64,000 nucleotides of DNA, taken from an uncultured archaeon. GTDB taxonomy: Archaea > Thermoproteota > Nitrososphaeria > Nitrososphaerales > Gagatemarchaeaceae. Positions 48,083-58,125 of the stretch are shown here, in pieces (position 1 is the stretch's first letter; every line of letters begins with the position of its first letter). The stretch spans positions 576,001 to 640,000 of the forward strand of contig CAWFOU010000001.1 of assembly GCA_963817525.1 (NCBI GenBank). Direction: 5' to 3'. A model generated the notes under the pieces. That model made no database searches. It was not told where the DNA came from and saw only the letters and a program-made list of their open reading frames with translations. Position numbers and translations under genes: made by a program.

Positions 48083-48764
48083 ACCTCCCGAAGAGCCTGC
48101 AGACGAAACCTGATTTGTCGAGGCAACTGAATACCAAAATGGGTATCTGCGTTAATGCGGCGGTTTCGCCGACAGATCCAAGAGGAAAAGGAATCCGGGA
48201 TATCAAGCGAGAAGGTGGGGCAACTATCTGGAGTCTGCTCTAGCCCTCAGACTGGGAAGGAAAAAGGGCTGACAAGTGAAGCTGCGATGAGGAACGAGAC
48301 GACGACTCCAATCCTCGGAGCAGATGCCAGGGAGGCGCGCCTCCTGCAGGCGCACCAGAACCGGACTAGGCGTGATGAATGGGGGAGCAAGAGTTGCTAC
48401 CGGGTCCCCAGGGATTTGTCGACCCGTCCCTCTCGTAGCTTCGAAAGTTTCGCATGCACTGCCAGGGTGGCTTGGAAGGTCAAATCCGCGTTGAGCTGAA
48501 TCTCCGTCTTCTTCTGCTCGCTTAGTTCTTCCAAAATCAGCCACCCTTGAGGCTCTCTTCCGCCCGTTTATGCTTTTCAGTCAAGTCGTCGTAGAGAAGC
48601 TTTGCCTCCAACGAGGCGCTGAATAGGATCTGCACGACATTCCCGACCCGCACTAGTCGAATCGAGGTCGTCCCAATGTCGAACTGGCCGCCCTCGATGT
48701 CCCTGCTCAACGTGGAAGGAGGTCTGCTCGCCCTTTAAGCGCATATGGAGCGCGCAAAGGGACC

Positions 48765-50783
48765 TCAGATGACGGTCAGGCTTTCGTAGGCCTGCTTGAC
48801 CTCTTCGACCGATGCCTCGTCCTCGAGCGTCGCGACGTCGCCTAAGGGCTTGCCCTCCGCCACGGCCTTCACGAGCCGCCGCATTATCTTGCCGCTCCTC
48901 GTCTTGGGCAGCTTGTTGACGAAATAGACCTGCGATGGCTCCGCGATCGGGCTGAAGTTGCTCCTCACCCACAGGCGGATCTCCTTCCTCAGCTCTTCGC
49001 TGGGCGCGAAGCCCTGCTTCAGGACTACGAACGCAATCGGGACCTCACCCTTGATGGGGTCCGGGATGGCCACGACCGCGGCCTCGGACGCTCCCTTGTG
49101 CGAGACGATGGACGACTCGAGCTCGAAGGTCCCGATCCTGTGTCCCGCGACCTTGAGCACCTCGTCCGCCCTTCCCGCCACCCAGATGTACCCGTCGTTG
49201 TCCTTTACCGCGTAGTCCCCGCAGTAGAAGTAGCCCTTCTCCCCGAACTTCTCATAGTATTGCTTGGCGTACCTCTCGGGGTCTCCCCACATCCCCGTCG
49301 GGGCGCCGGGCATCCCCGGCCACGGGTTCTTTATCACGAGGAGGCCCTTCTGGCCGTGCTTGACCGGCTCGCCCTTTTCGTCCACCACGTCGGCGTCTAT
49401 CCCTGGGAGCGGGAGGCCGTTGGTCCCCGGCTTCATGGGGAGGAGCATCAGGCCGGGGAGGTGGCTGATCATTATCCCGCCTGTCTCGGTCATCCACCAC
49501 GTCGAGCCTACGGGACACCTCTTTTCGCCCACCACTTCGAAGAGCCACCGCCACGCAGAGGGGTTGATCGGCTCCCCCACGCTGTGTATCAGCCTAAGGG
49601 AGCCCCTGTCGTGCTTCCGCACAAAGTCCTCACCGAACCTCATCTGCATCCGCGTCGCCGTGGGAGTGGTGTAGAAGACGGAGACCCCGTACCTCTCTAT
49701 CACCTGCCACCATCTGTCCGGCTGGGGAAAGTCTAGCGTTCCTTCGTAGACCACGGTGGTGGCGCCCTCGATCAGCGGTCCGAAGACCACGTAGCTGTGG
49801 CCGGTGACCCAACCTATGTCTGCCGGGCACCAGTAGACGTCGCTGTCCTTGATGTCGAAGACCCACTTCATCGTGGTGTGCAGCAGGACCGCGTACCCCC
49901 CGTTGTCGTGTATCATCCCCTTGGGCTTCCCCGTCGTCCCGGAAGTGTAGAGGACGTAGAGCGGGTGCTCGCTCTCCAGCGGCTCGGGCTCGACCCGCGC
50001 TGACACGGGCACCCCGCGAAGGAGGTCGTCGAGCCAATAGTCCCTCCCCGCCTTCATGTTGGTGTCCTTGGAGTCGGTCCTCTTGACGACTATGACCTGG
50101 CTGACGGTCCTCGTCTGCTCCAGCGCCTTGTCTGCGATCTCCTTGAGGTTCACCTGCTTCCCCCTCCTGTTTAGGCCGTCCGCCGTCACGAGTAGCTTGG
50201 CGCCAAGGTCGTTCATCCTGGACGATAGCGCCTCCGCGCTGAAGCCGCTGAAGACGACCGTGAACGTCACCCCGAGCCTCGCGGCCGCGAGGAGCACGAT
50301 GAAGGCTTCCGGGACCATCGGGAGGTAGACGGCCATCCTGTCTCCTTTCCTCAAGCCGAAGTTGTTCCTCAGAAGGAACGCGAACCGGTTGACCTCCCTC
50401 CAAAGGTCGTAGTAGGTGAACTTCCTCACCTCGACGGGGGCGCCGTCCTTCCCCGCCGCCTCGCTCTCCCAGATGAGCGCGACCTTGTTCCTCCGGGGCC
50501 CCTCGACGTGCCTGTCGAGGGCGAGCTGCGACAGGTTCAGGGCTCCGCCCTGGAACCACTTGGTGACGAAGGGGTAGTCGCCCGGGCCCTGGACCATGGC
50601 CCAAGGCCTCTGCCACAGGAGCTCCTTGGCCAGCCGCTCCCACTGGGCGTCGGGGTCCCCGATGGAGGAGGCGTGCGACGCCCGGTAGGTTTCGACGTCC
50701 ACTTGCCGTCCGGCCCAGTTGGGGAGCTCGATCCTCTCGTCGAAGGGGAGGGACTCGCCGAGTATCTCGGCCTCTCCTGTCAT
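48765..50783 (-). CDS. acs: Acetyl-CoA synthetase (AMP-forming)
   Basis: YTSGTTGKPKG, ADIGWVTGHSY, TWWMTETG and PKTRSGKIMRR motifs; start taken at ATG 50783. Confidence 0.93.
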   Translation of the reverse strand: MTGEAEILGESLPFDERIELPNWAGRQVDVETYRASHASSIGDPDAQWERLAKELLWQRPWAMVQGPGDYPFVTKWFQGGALNLSQLALDRHVEGPRRNKVALIWESEAAGKDGAPVEVRKFTYYDLWREVNRFAFLLRNNFGLRKGDRMAVYLPMVPEAFIVLLAAARLGVTFTVVFSGFSAEALSSRMNDLGAKLLVTADGLNRRGKQVNLKEIADKALEQTRTVSQVIVVKRTDSKDTNMKAGRDYWLDDLLRGVPVSARVEPEPLESEHPLYVLYTSGTTGKPKGMIHDNGGYAVLLHTTMKWVFDIKDSDVYWCPADIGWVTGHSYVVFGPLIEGATTVVYEGTLDFPQPDRWWQVIERYGVSVFYTTPTATRMQMRFGEDFVRKHDRGSLRLIHSVGEPINPSAWRWLFEVVGEKRCPVGSTWWMTETGGIMISHLPGLMLLPMKPGTNGLPLPGIDADVVDEKGEPVKHGQKGLLVIKNPWPGMPGAPTGMWGDPERYAKQYYEKFGEKGYFYCGDYAVKDNDGYIWVAGRADEVLKVAGHRIGTFELESSIVSHKGASEAAVVAIPDPIKGEVPIAFVVLKQGFAPSEELRKEIRLWVRSNFSPIAEPSQVYFVNKLPKTRSGKIMRRLVKAVAEGKPLGDVATLEDEASVEEVKQAYESLTVI

Positions 50784-50918
50784 CTGGGTCGCTGATTTGC
50801 CCGGTTCACATATTAAGGGTTCGAGGGGTTCGTTATGGTTACCTGGCACCTCTAAAGACGGGAAATCGTGGGCTCTACCGGCAACGACTATCTCCACGAC
50901 ACGTGTAAGGGTTGTTTC

Positions 50919-51389
50919 CTAACTACGTTCACCACTCTCGACGTCCCCCGTCTGTGGTCTGTAATGCTTGCGTCCGGCAAGCCCTAGCTTGGATGCCTCA
51001 ACCTCAGCGTCAGCCACTTGCTGATGCCTCTCTAGGGCTTCCATGCTGTCCTCGGTCATGTCCTCGAAGACCGTGAAAGAGAAGACATCATCCATGTAGC
51101 CTATCTGGAGATAGAACTGGCGGAAGAGTTTCGGGTTGCCCTTCCGGGGGAATCGGCTCCACATCCCAAGCAAGTCAATCCATATCCAGGTGGAGACTCT
51201 GGGCTCGTATTCGTCCCTCTCGTCAAGGTCAAGGCCTTCCCAATCAAAGAGAGATTCACAATAGCTCTTGATGTAGGGCTGGAGTATGTACAGCTCGCGA
51301 TGCAGGCTCGCGTTAAGGGTCTTCTCGTCCGAATCGTCATAATAGTTGAAGCTAATCCCCAAGAACTTGCCTTCGTCGGAGCTCATCAT
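50919..51389 (-). CDS. Hypothetical acidic protein
   Basis: ORF with a TATA-like TAAATA upstream; no recognised motif. Confidence 0.5.
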   Translation of the reverse strand: MMSSDEGKFLGISFNYYDDSDEKTLNASLHRELYILQPYIKSYCESLFDWEGLDLDERDEYEPRVSTWIWIDLLGMWSRFPRKGNPKLFRQFYLQIGYMDDVFSFTVFEDMTEDSMEALERHQQVADAEVEASKLGLAGRKHYRPQTGDVESGERS

Positions 51390-51573
51390 TCCCGACCCCC
51401 TAAGGTCTTGCAAGCACGGCGTCATATTTAGCCGATATGAAATTCCTTAGTCAGTCTCCCTACCGCTTCCTTCGACATCATATCATAGCCCCACCGAAGG
51501 CTAATTCGAGAACTTTCGATGAGGCAAGGGTTTATCAATAGTCCGGCTTGATTTCTTTTTGAGCTGGATCAGG

Positions 51574-51852
51574 ATGCCTAGAGCGAAATCCAAAGAGACG
51601 CCATGGAAAGGCCCGACCGAGGAGGAGCGAGCCCAATTCAGGAAGATGATGACCGAGATGTTCGGGGCCCGGATAGAGACGTTCGCCAAGAACTCCGCTA
51701 GGTACGCCGAGGTCCTCGGTGGTTTCAGGGCGTCGCTGATACAGTCGGGGTTCTCCGCTGAGGAGTCGATGCAGATAGTCCTCAGGGTCGCCGAGCAGCA
51801 GGGCGGGCGGGCGTTCGGGCGCGGACCCGGTGGCCAGTGGCACAAGCGCTGA
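51574..51852 (+). CDS. Hypothetical protein
   Basis: Coding-like codon usage; LIQSGFSAEESMQIV helical motif; TTTATC upstream. Confidence 0.55.
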   Translation: MPRAKSKETPWKGPTEEERAQFRKMMTEMFGARIETFAKNSARYAEVLGGFRASLIQSGFSAEESMQIVLRVAEQQGGRAFGRGPGGQWHKR

Positions 51853-52052
51853 CTAGCCTACCAAAGTTTTAAGCGGATAGACTGGAAGAGGGCCGTCGAT
51901 GTCCGGAGCGGACGAGTTCATCGCCCTCATCCGGAAAGGGAGGCGCGTCCTCGTCGCCGAGTTTGGCCATACCATCTGAGGTCGCTCCGAGTCATGTTGT
52001 CCTGACCACTCCTATTCGATGCTATATCGTGCAACAGACGGCTTGACTGTCC

Positions 52053-52439
52053 TCACCCGCTATCTGACTTGAAGGCCTTCAAGAACTTGGCCAGTTCCAC
52101 GAAATTCTGGTTCCCGTCGCCCTTTACCAATTTGACGATGTGCTCCCTGTTGTTCAGCGTGACCCTTTTTTCGGGTTGGTAGCTCGTTTCAGAGAATGTG
52201 ACCATCGCGTAGTGAATTCTGCCCTTCAAGCTCTCCCCTATTATCTCCGGAGTCGGAAGGAATTCGCTTATCACGAATGCGATTCCGTCAACCCAGGTGA
52301 TGCCCGGAGTCCCTCCTGCCTTCTGGGCCTCGGCTTGCTCCACCACATTTGACAGCAGGTCAGCGATCTCTACCTTCCTCAGTTCATGGACGATTATCTT
52401 TGAGTAGGGCAGATATTCTATCTCGACCAAGGAAACCAT
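52053..52439 (-). CDS. Hypothetical archaeal protein
   Basis: ORF with CTTAATA about 30 nt upstream; WVDGIAF motif. Confidence 0.6.
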   Translation of the reverse strand: MVSLVEIEYLPYSKIIVHELRKVEIADLLSNVVEQAEAQKAGGTPGITWVDGIAFVISEFLPTPEIIGESLKGRIHYAMVTFSETSYQPEKRVTLNNREHIVKLVKGDGNQNFVELAKFLKAFKSDSG

Positions 52440-52640
52440 CCGTGGATTGCTGTCACCTTCATTCCGTATTAAGGATAGCCACTTGTTTTCGCTCTCGAAC
52501 CCGAGTCCGGCTGACTCTGCTCACTGATCACGCCTGGCCACCAGCATCTAGAGGTTCACAACCTATATCTCGCAGGGTTTTCGCACGGTCCCGCCGCCAT
52601 GCCCGCTCTCCGCCGCTCTAAGAGGACCAGGTGCTAGGAG

Positions 52641-53423
52641 TTGGACATCTCGCAGGGGCAGCCGGCCCTCAAGCTCGAGTCGCTCTACAAGTCCTTCGGC
52701 GACATCAAGGCCGTCAACGGGATAGACCTCCGCCTGAATCGCGGCGAGATAGTGGGCCTCCTCGGGCCGAACGGCAGCGGCAAGTCCACGACGATGAAGA
52801 TGATCCTGGGCATATTGAGGCCCGACGCCGGGGAGGTCTACATCAACGGGGAAAAGGAGACGACCGCCCCGGTCGAGCTCAAGAAGAAGATGGGCTACGT
52901 CCCCGAGACCCCCCAGCTCTACGAGTTCCTGACGGGGCTGGAGTACATCGACTTTGTGGCTGAGATGTACGGCGTCCCGCCATCGGAGAGGAAGGAGAGG
53001 GTCACCCACTTCCTCGAGGGGATGCAGCTCGCGGGGCACGAGCACGAGCTCATCAGCGGATACTCGCAGGGCATGAAGCAGAAGGTCGGCATAATTTCCG
53101 CCCTCGTCCACAAGCCTCAGATCCTCGTCCTCGACGAGGCGCTGAACGGCCTGGACCCCCGCTCCGCGCGGCTGGTCAAGGACCTCCTCAAGGAGCTCGC
53201 GGGGGAGGGGGTCTCGATCCTTTTCAGTACGCACGTGCTCGAGATAGCCCAGGCCCTGTGCGACAGGGTGGCGATAATGTACCGGGGAAACATCATGGCC
53301 GAGGGGACGATGGCCGAGCTCAGGCAGACCGCTGGCCTCCCCGGGTCGAGCCTAGAGGAGGTGTTCCTGAAGATGACGGGGACGGACGACATCGGCGAGG
53401 TCGTGAAGGAGCTTTCCAGATAG
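52641..53423 (+). CDS. ABC transporter ATP-binding protein
   Basis: GPNGSGKST, YSQGMKQK, LVLDE and STH motifs. Confidence 0.93.
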   Translation: MDISQGQPALKLESLYKSFGDIKAVNGIDLRLNRGEIVGLLGPNGSGKSTTMKMILGILRPDAGEVYINGEKETTAPVELKKKMGYVPETPQLYEFLTGLEYIDFVAEMYGVPPSERKERVTHFLEGMQLAGHEHELISGYSQGMKQKVGIISALVHKPQILVLDEALNGLDPRSARLVKDLLKELAGEGVSILFSTHVLEIAQALCDRVAIMYRGNIMAEGTMAELRQTAGLPGSSLEEVFLKMTGTDDIGEVVKELSR

Positions 53424-53445
53424 CGACGGGGAGCGCGCGACTCGG

Positions 53446-55095
53446 CTGGGCAAGGTCTACGCGATAGCGCTCATACTGGCCAAGTCGCAGCTTCGCGCGG
53501 GCAGGAGCGGGAGGGGCGGGGAGAGCTTCTTCAGGAATCCGGCCATCCTCGCTGTCGTCGACGTGGTCTGCTTCGCGGTGTGCGGGGCGATAGGTTTCCT
53601 GGTGGCGGGGGCGATCATCGCGCTCCCGCCGGCGCAGGCGGCCCCTCTCATCACCGTGGTCCGCGAGGTCCTGGTGTTCGTGCCGGCGCTCGTCCCGAGC
53701 GTGGTGCTCGTGGCGGGGGTGCTCTTCGAGCTGGGGGCGTCCTCCAAGTTCGCCTCGAGCGACGCGATAAACTGGCTACCCGTCACTCAGGGCGAGTACG
53801 TCACCGCCTCGACCCTTTCCATCGTGTACAACTACTCGGTGGTGCCCTCGGTGATAATGGGGCTGACCCTAGGGCCCGCCGTCAGGCTCGGGTATGGCGG
53901 GACGTGGGTGGAGATGCTCTTCCTCAGCGGTGTCTCCCTGTTCTATGGCGGGGCCATCGTTGAGATCCTGAGGGCGGCGATAAACAGGGTGAGCACGGTC
54001 GTGATGAGCCGCGCTAGGCGCGGCGCGCTGGTCCTCAGGCTGGCCGCGACGATAGGGGTGATACTCGCGGTCGAGGTGATATTCAACTTCGTCTTCCTCA
54101 TCCGGTTGGTGGGCGGCTTCTCATCCGCCCTGAGCGCCGTCGAGTTTGTCCCGGTCCTGTGGGCGTCCCTCGCGGTGAGGGCGAGCCTGGTCGGCGACCC
54201 CGCCCTGAGCGTCCTGTACGCGGCGGCCACGGTCGCCTTCTCGGCGGCCATGCTCTGGGCTGCCGTGAAGGTGCGCTCGAGGTACTGGTCTCCGACGCCT
54301 TACCAGGTCAACGTCACCGCGGGCGAGTACAAGCCGCTAGAGGGTCCTTCGTTGTTCTCCTCGCTCTTCAGGCTGAGCCCGGCGGAGGCGACGCTGGTAA
54401 GGAAAGACTTCAGGGGGATGACGCGGCGGCGCGAGCTGCTCCAGTACTTTGCCATCCCGTTCGTCCTCGCGATCGTCTTCATCTTCGAGATATTCTTCAG
54501 CCCGTCCGCCGCCGGGTCGCAGAGCGTGGCCTCCGACCAGCTCCCCATCTGGTTCGTCGGGGGGCTCTTCGGCCTCATGATATCGTCGATAAGCTTCGGG
54601 CAGGAGGGGAGGTCTGCCCCCCTGCTCTATTCGCTCCCCATCACCGCCAAGCAGGTGCTCCGGGCGAAGATATTCACGTCGATGCTCCTCGCGATGCTCG
54701 CGACCCTCTTCATCTACGCCGTGGTCACCGTGATCTCGAGGCCGGCCCCCCTGGCGGCGTTCGAGGACCTCCTCCTTGCGGTCGCCATAACCGCGGAGGA
54801 GGTGCTCATAGGGACGGCCTTCGGGGCCAAGTACCCAGACTTCCAGGAGAGGCCGAGGCCCCGCTTCGTCGACCCCTACGGGATCATCGTCATGGTGATC
54901 GTCGGGATGACCGTGATGGTCTTTACCGCCCTCCCCCTCCTCCTGCGCGCCGCCCTGACGTCCTTCCCCAGCCTCGAGTCGGAGGTGCAGGACCTTTTCC
55001 TGGTCTCCCTAGCGTTCGCGGTCGCCGTGATCGGCCTCGCCTACAGCTGGGCGAGCCGTCAGACGAGGAGGCTCTTCGTCGAGTTCAGGTGGTAA
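53446..55095 (+). CDS. ABC-2 type permease (start uncertain: CTG 53446 or GTG 53563)
   Basis: Multi-TM; LVRKDFR and QEGRS.PLLYSLP motifs; follows the ATPase gene. Confidence 0.8.
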   Translation: MGKVYAIALILAKSQLRAGRSGRGGESFFRNPAILAVVDVVCFAVCGAIGFLVAGAIIALPPAQAAPLITVVREVLVFVPALVPSVVLVAGVLFELGASSKFASSDAINWLPVTQGEYVTASTLSIVYNYSVVPSVIMGLTLGPAVRLGYGGTWVEMLFLSGVSLFYGGAIVEILRAAINRVSTVVMSRARRGALVLRLAATIGVILAVEVIFNFVFLIRLVGGFSSALSAVEFVPVLWASLAVRASLVGDPALSVLYAAATVAFSAAMLWAAVKVRSRYWSPTPYQVNVTAGEYKPLEGPSLFSSLFRLSPAEATLVRKDFRGMTRRRELLQYFAIPFVLAIVFIFEIFFSPSAAGSQSVASDQLPIWFVGGLFGLMISSISFGQEGRSAPLLYSLPITAKQVLRAKIFTSMLLAMLATLFIYAVVTVISRPAPLAAFEDLLLAVAITAEEVLIGTAFGAKYPDFQERPRPRFVDPYGIIVMVIVGMTVMVFTALPLLLRAALTSFPSLESEVQDLFLVSLAFAVAVIGLAYSWASRQTRRLFVEFRW

Positions 55096-55170
55096 GGCCC
55101 AGTTAGAGCTGTAGCGGCGAGGGTACGATATGAATAACCTTAACTCCGTTCCATCTTTCGACAATGCAAG

Positions 55171-55665
55171 GTGGCCGGGCCGTTGAAGAAATTGACCTCT
55201 CCCGAATATGCGTCGACTTCCAAGACAGAAAGGGGCCTCGAGCGCGCGTCAAAGCTCGCGGTCTCGGTGCTGGAGGCCTTAGCAGACGGCCATTCAAGAA
55301 GGATGCTGGGCTCCGCCATCGCCCGAGGGAGGACCGTGGAGCAGCTTAGCGCCGAAACAGGCGTGCCCGTCAGCACATGCTATAGGAAGTTGAGGGTGCT
55401 GGTGGAAAACGGGCTGATGGTCACCCGGAAGATGGGCGGGGGCGTCGGAACCAGACAGTTGGTATATCGCACTTCCATCAACAGCGCCACTTTGAGGTTG
55501 GATTCGGAAGGGCTCGGGATAGAGTTCAAGACTAACTCTGCCGCCAGGAAAAGGACCCGCGCGGCGAAGCGTCCCAGAAAGCACGGACGACCGAGAGACT
55601 CTTCGGGCGACCGCCGCGTCGGCCGCGGGCGAAAGGGGTCGGCGCCGGCAGAGCCCTCCCACTAG
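55171..55665 (+). CDS. ArsR-like winged-helix regulator
   Basis: LEALAD..SRRML..TVEQLSAETGVPVSTCYRKLRVL. Confidence 0.7.
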   Translation: MAGPLKKLTSPEYASTSKTERGLERASKLAVSVLEALADGHSRRMLGSAIARGRTVEQLSAETGVPVSTCYRKLRVLVENGLMVTRKMGGGVGTRQLVYRTSINSATLRLDSEGLGIEFKTNSAARKRTRAAKRPRKHGRPRDSSGDRRVGRGRKGSAPAEPSH

Positions 55666-55849
55666 CAAGTCATTCTCGTACGACCAATTGTCCCTGGGCG
55701 TGCCCGGCTCTCCGCACCAATTGGGAGCCAGCGGGAGGTGCCAGGGAGGGAAGCGAGAACGGCCGCTCGAAGAACCTCCCCTTGGCGATAGCAGCAGACC
55801 GGGGGTCGGCAACGTTTATTCCTCGACGTCCCGACGCCAAGGCGATTAC

Positions 55850-57295
55850 TTGAAAGACGGCGCCTACGGATACGACTCGTTCCTGTCGCCCTTCACCTGG
55901 CGCTACGGCAGCGAAGAGATGAGGAAGCTCTTCTCCGAAGAGGAGAGGAGGGCGACCTGGAGGAGGGTCTGGCTGAGCCTCGCGGAGGCGGAGGCGGGCC
56001 TGGGCCTGATCTCCGAGAGGGAGCTAGGCGGGATCAGGAGGAGCGTCGGGGAGGTCGACATCGCAAAGGCGCACGAGATAGAGAAGAGGATCAAGCACGA
56101 CCTCATGGCGGAGCTCAGGGTGTTCGCCGACCAGGCCAAGGAGGGAGGGGGGAAGCTGCACCTCGGGGCGACCTCGATGGACATCGAGGACAACGCCGAC
56201 GTGATGATATTCGCAAAGGCCCTCGACCTGGTGGGCAGGCGGCTCGTGAGCTGCCTGGACGCCGCCGCCGCGAGGGTGAAGGAGCACAAGGGGCTCGTGT
56301 GCATGGGGTGGACCCACCTCCAGCCCGCGGAGCCCACGACGATGGGATACCGGTTCGCCAACTACGCGCAGGACATCGTCACCGACATCAAGCTGATCGA
56401 GAACCTCCGCAGGGAGTTCGTCAAGGGCAAGGGCGTGAAGGGCGCGGTCGGGACGTCCGCGAGCTACACGAAGCTGCTCGGGAGCGCCGCCAAGGCCAGG
56501 CGCCTCGAGGAGGAGGTGATGGCGGGCCTCGGGCTCGGGTACTTCGACGTGGCCACTCAGACGTATCCCAGGAAGCTCGACTACCTCATCCTGAGCGCGC
56601 TGGCCTCCGTGGCGGCATCCTGCGCCAAGTTCGGACTAGACCTGAGGGTCCTCCAGTCGCCAAACTTCGGGGAGCTCTCGGAGCCTATGGAGGAGTCGCA
56701 GGTAGGCTCGAGCTCGATGCCGTTCAAGAGGAACCCGGTGACCGCGGAGCGCATGTGCTCGCTGGCGAGGGTCGTCTCCGTCATGCCGCTGGTGGCCTTC
56801 ATGAACGCCTCGAACAACATCCTCGAAAGGACGCTGGACGACTCAGCCGCCAGGAGGATAGCCATCCCCGAGGCGTTCCTCGCGGTGGACGAGTGCCTCG
56901 CGATATACGAGAGGCTGATGAGGGGCGTCCGCGTCTATCCGGCCATGATCGAGAGGAACCTCGAGAGGTTCGGGGCCTTCGCGGGCACGGAGGCGGTCAT
57001 GATGGAGCTCGCGAGCAAGGGCGAGGACCGGCAGGCGGTCCACGAGATGATAAGAGTGGAGTCGTTCAAGGCGTGGGAATCTGTGATGAAGGGGGAGCCC
57101 AACCCGCTGGAGGAGCTCCTCTGGGGGGAGAAGGCCGTGTCCTCCAAGCTCACGAGGAAGCGCCTGAAGGCGCTCCTGGACCCCTCGACCCACACGGGAG
57201 GCGCGGAGGATAGCTGCGACGAGTTCCTAAAGAAAGCGGTTGCTCCCGTGCTAGCCGGTCGCAAGAGGGCTAGCCGGTCGAAGGTCGAGTACTAG
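55850..57295 (+). CDS. purB: Adenylosuccinate lyase
   Basis: HLGATSMDI, THLQPAEPTT and GSSSMPFKRNP motifs; start taken at TTG 55850. Confidence 0.93.
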   Translation: MKDGAYGYDSFLSPFTWRYGSEEMRKLFSEEERRATWRRVWLSLAEAEAGLGLISERELGGIRRSVGEVDIAKAHEIEKRIKHDLMAELRVFADQAKEGGGKLHLGATSMDIEDNADVMIFAKALDLVGRRLVSCLDAAAARVKEHKGLVCMGWTHLQPAEPTTMGYRFANYAQDIVTDIKLIENLRREFVKGKGVKGAVGTSASYTKLLGSAAKARRLEEEVMAGLGLGYFDVATQTYPRKLDYLILSALASVAASCAKFGLDLRVLQSPNFGELSEPMEESQVGSSSMPFKRNPVTAERMCSLARVVSVMPLVAFMNASNNILERTLDDSAARRIAIPEAFLAVDECLAIYERLMRGVRVYPAMIERNLERFGAFAGTEAVMMELASKGEDRQAVHEMIRVESFKAWESVMKGEPNPLEELLWGEKAVSSKLTRKRLKALLDPSTHTGGAEDSCDEFLKKAVAPVLAGRKRASRSKVEY

Positions 57296-57335
57296 GGGCG
57301 TCACGCAATGCGCTGCGTCGGTGGCGCGATTTCGG

Positions 57336-57755
57336 TCAGGCGGCGGTGACCAGGACGCCCTTCGCTTTCAGTCTAGCGCTCATCTTCAGCTGGTCCTCGT
57401 CGAAGGTCAGAAGTTCTGACCCCGATTTGGCCGACAGCGCGACCAGGAGGTCCATCTCGGCGAGAGGCTCTCCGCTCAACAGCGCGTCGGCCTGCACCTC
57501 CGCAGCGTTTCGTACCACCTCGCCATCGACCTCATAGACCGTGAGCCAGTCCATCGCTTCCTCCAGCCAGGCGGATTCCCTCGCGTCTCCGTGCTTCTTC
57601 CACAGATAGTTCGCACCCAGAAGCAGCTCGTACTCTGTAAGCCTGCTTATTCCGAGTTCGTCTGCTTCGCTCCTCCTCATCTTCAGGGCGTCTTGGGCCT
57701 TCGAGTTCCCCCTTCGCAGCGCGATCAGGAAGCTCGTGTCGAGGATTAGTCTCAC
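57336..57755 (-). CDS. vapC: VapC PIN-domain toxin
   Basis: ILDTSFLI, E, DLLVA and LLTFD PIN motifs. Confidence 0.88.
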   Translation of the reverse strand: MRLILDTSFLIALRRGNSKAQDALKMRRSEADELGISRLTEYELLLGANYLWKKHGDARESAWLEEAMDWLTVYEVDGEVVRNAAEVQADALLSGEPLAEMDLLVALSAKSGSELLTFDEDQLKMSARLKAKGVLVTAA

Positions 57756-57970
57756 GAGCGTCTTGCCCTCGTCCGCTTTCTGACCCCTTCCACGATCTTC
57801 GCGAGCTCGTCTTCCCTGCCGGTCCTGTACGATTCTAGCTTCACGATCCGGTCGATCCTCTCGCCAACGTTGGCGGAGACGAGCCAGTTTATGGTCTCGG
57901 AGAAGGACCTACCGTGCTTGATGGACTCTAGCCTCTTGTAGGTCTCGTCCGATATGGTAATGGTCTTCAT
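57752..57970 (-). CDS. vapB: VapB-type antitoxin
   Basis: MKTITISDETYKRL..K..RSFSETI; GTGA overlap with vapC. Confidence 0.85.
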   Translation of the reverse strand: MKTITISDETYKRLESIKHGRSFSETINWLVSANVGERIDRIVKLESYRTGREDELAKIVEGVRKRTRARRS

Positions 57971-58013
57971 GTCCAACACACGATACACGAAACTCGTATT
58001 TAAGCTCCCTCGT

Positions 58014-58109
58014 GAGGCGCCAACGAGAGCTGCGACGAGTTCCCACTGGGCGGACGCTCCGATACTAGCGGTCTGAAAGGAGGCTAGTCCCTCAAAGGTG
58101 GAGTACTAA
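58014..58109 (+). repeat. Degenerate duplicate of the purB 3' end (57198-57295)
   Basis: Shared GAGGCGC, AGCTGCGACGAGTTCC (16 bp exact), GCTCC, CTAGC, GGCTAG and AAGGT.GAGTACTA in the same order. Confidence 0.85.
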
Positions 58110-58125
58110 CCGGGGCAGGAGCGCG

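Noticed and set aside
48155-48544. ORFs 48155-48499 (+) and 48224-48544 (-)
   Set aside because: No motifs, atypical composition and mutually overlapping; probably non-coding or decayed DNA
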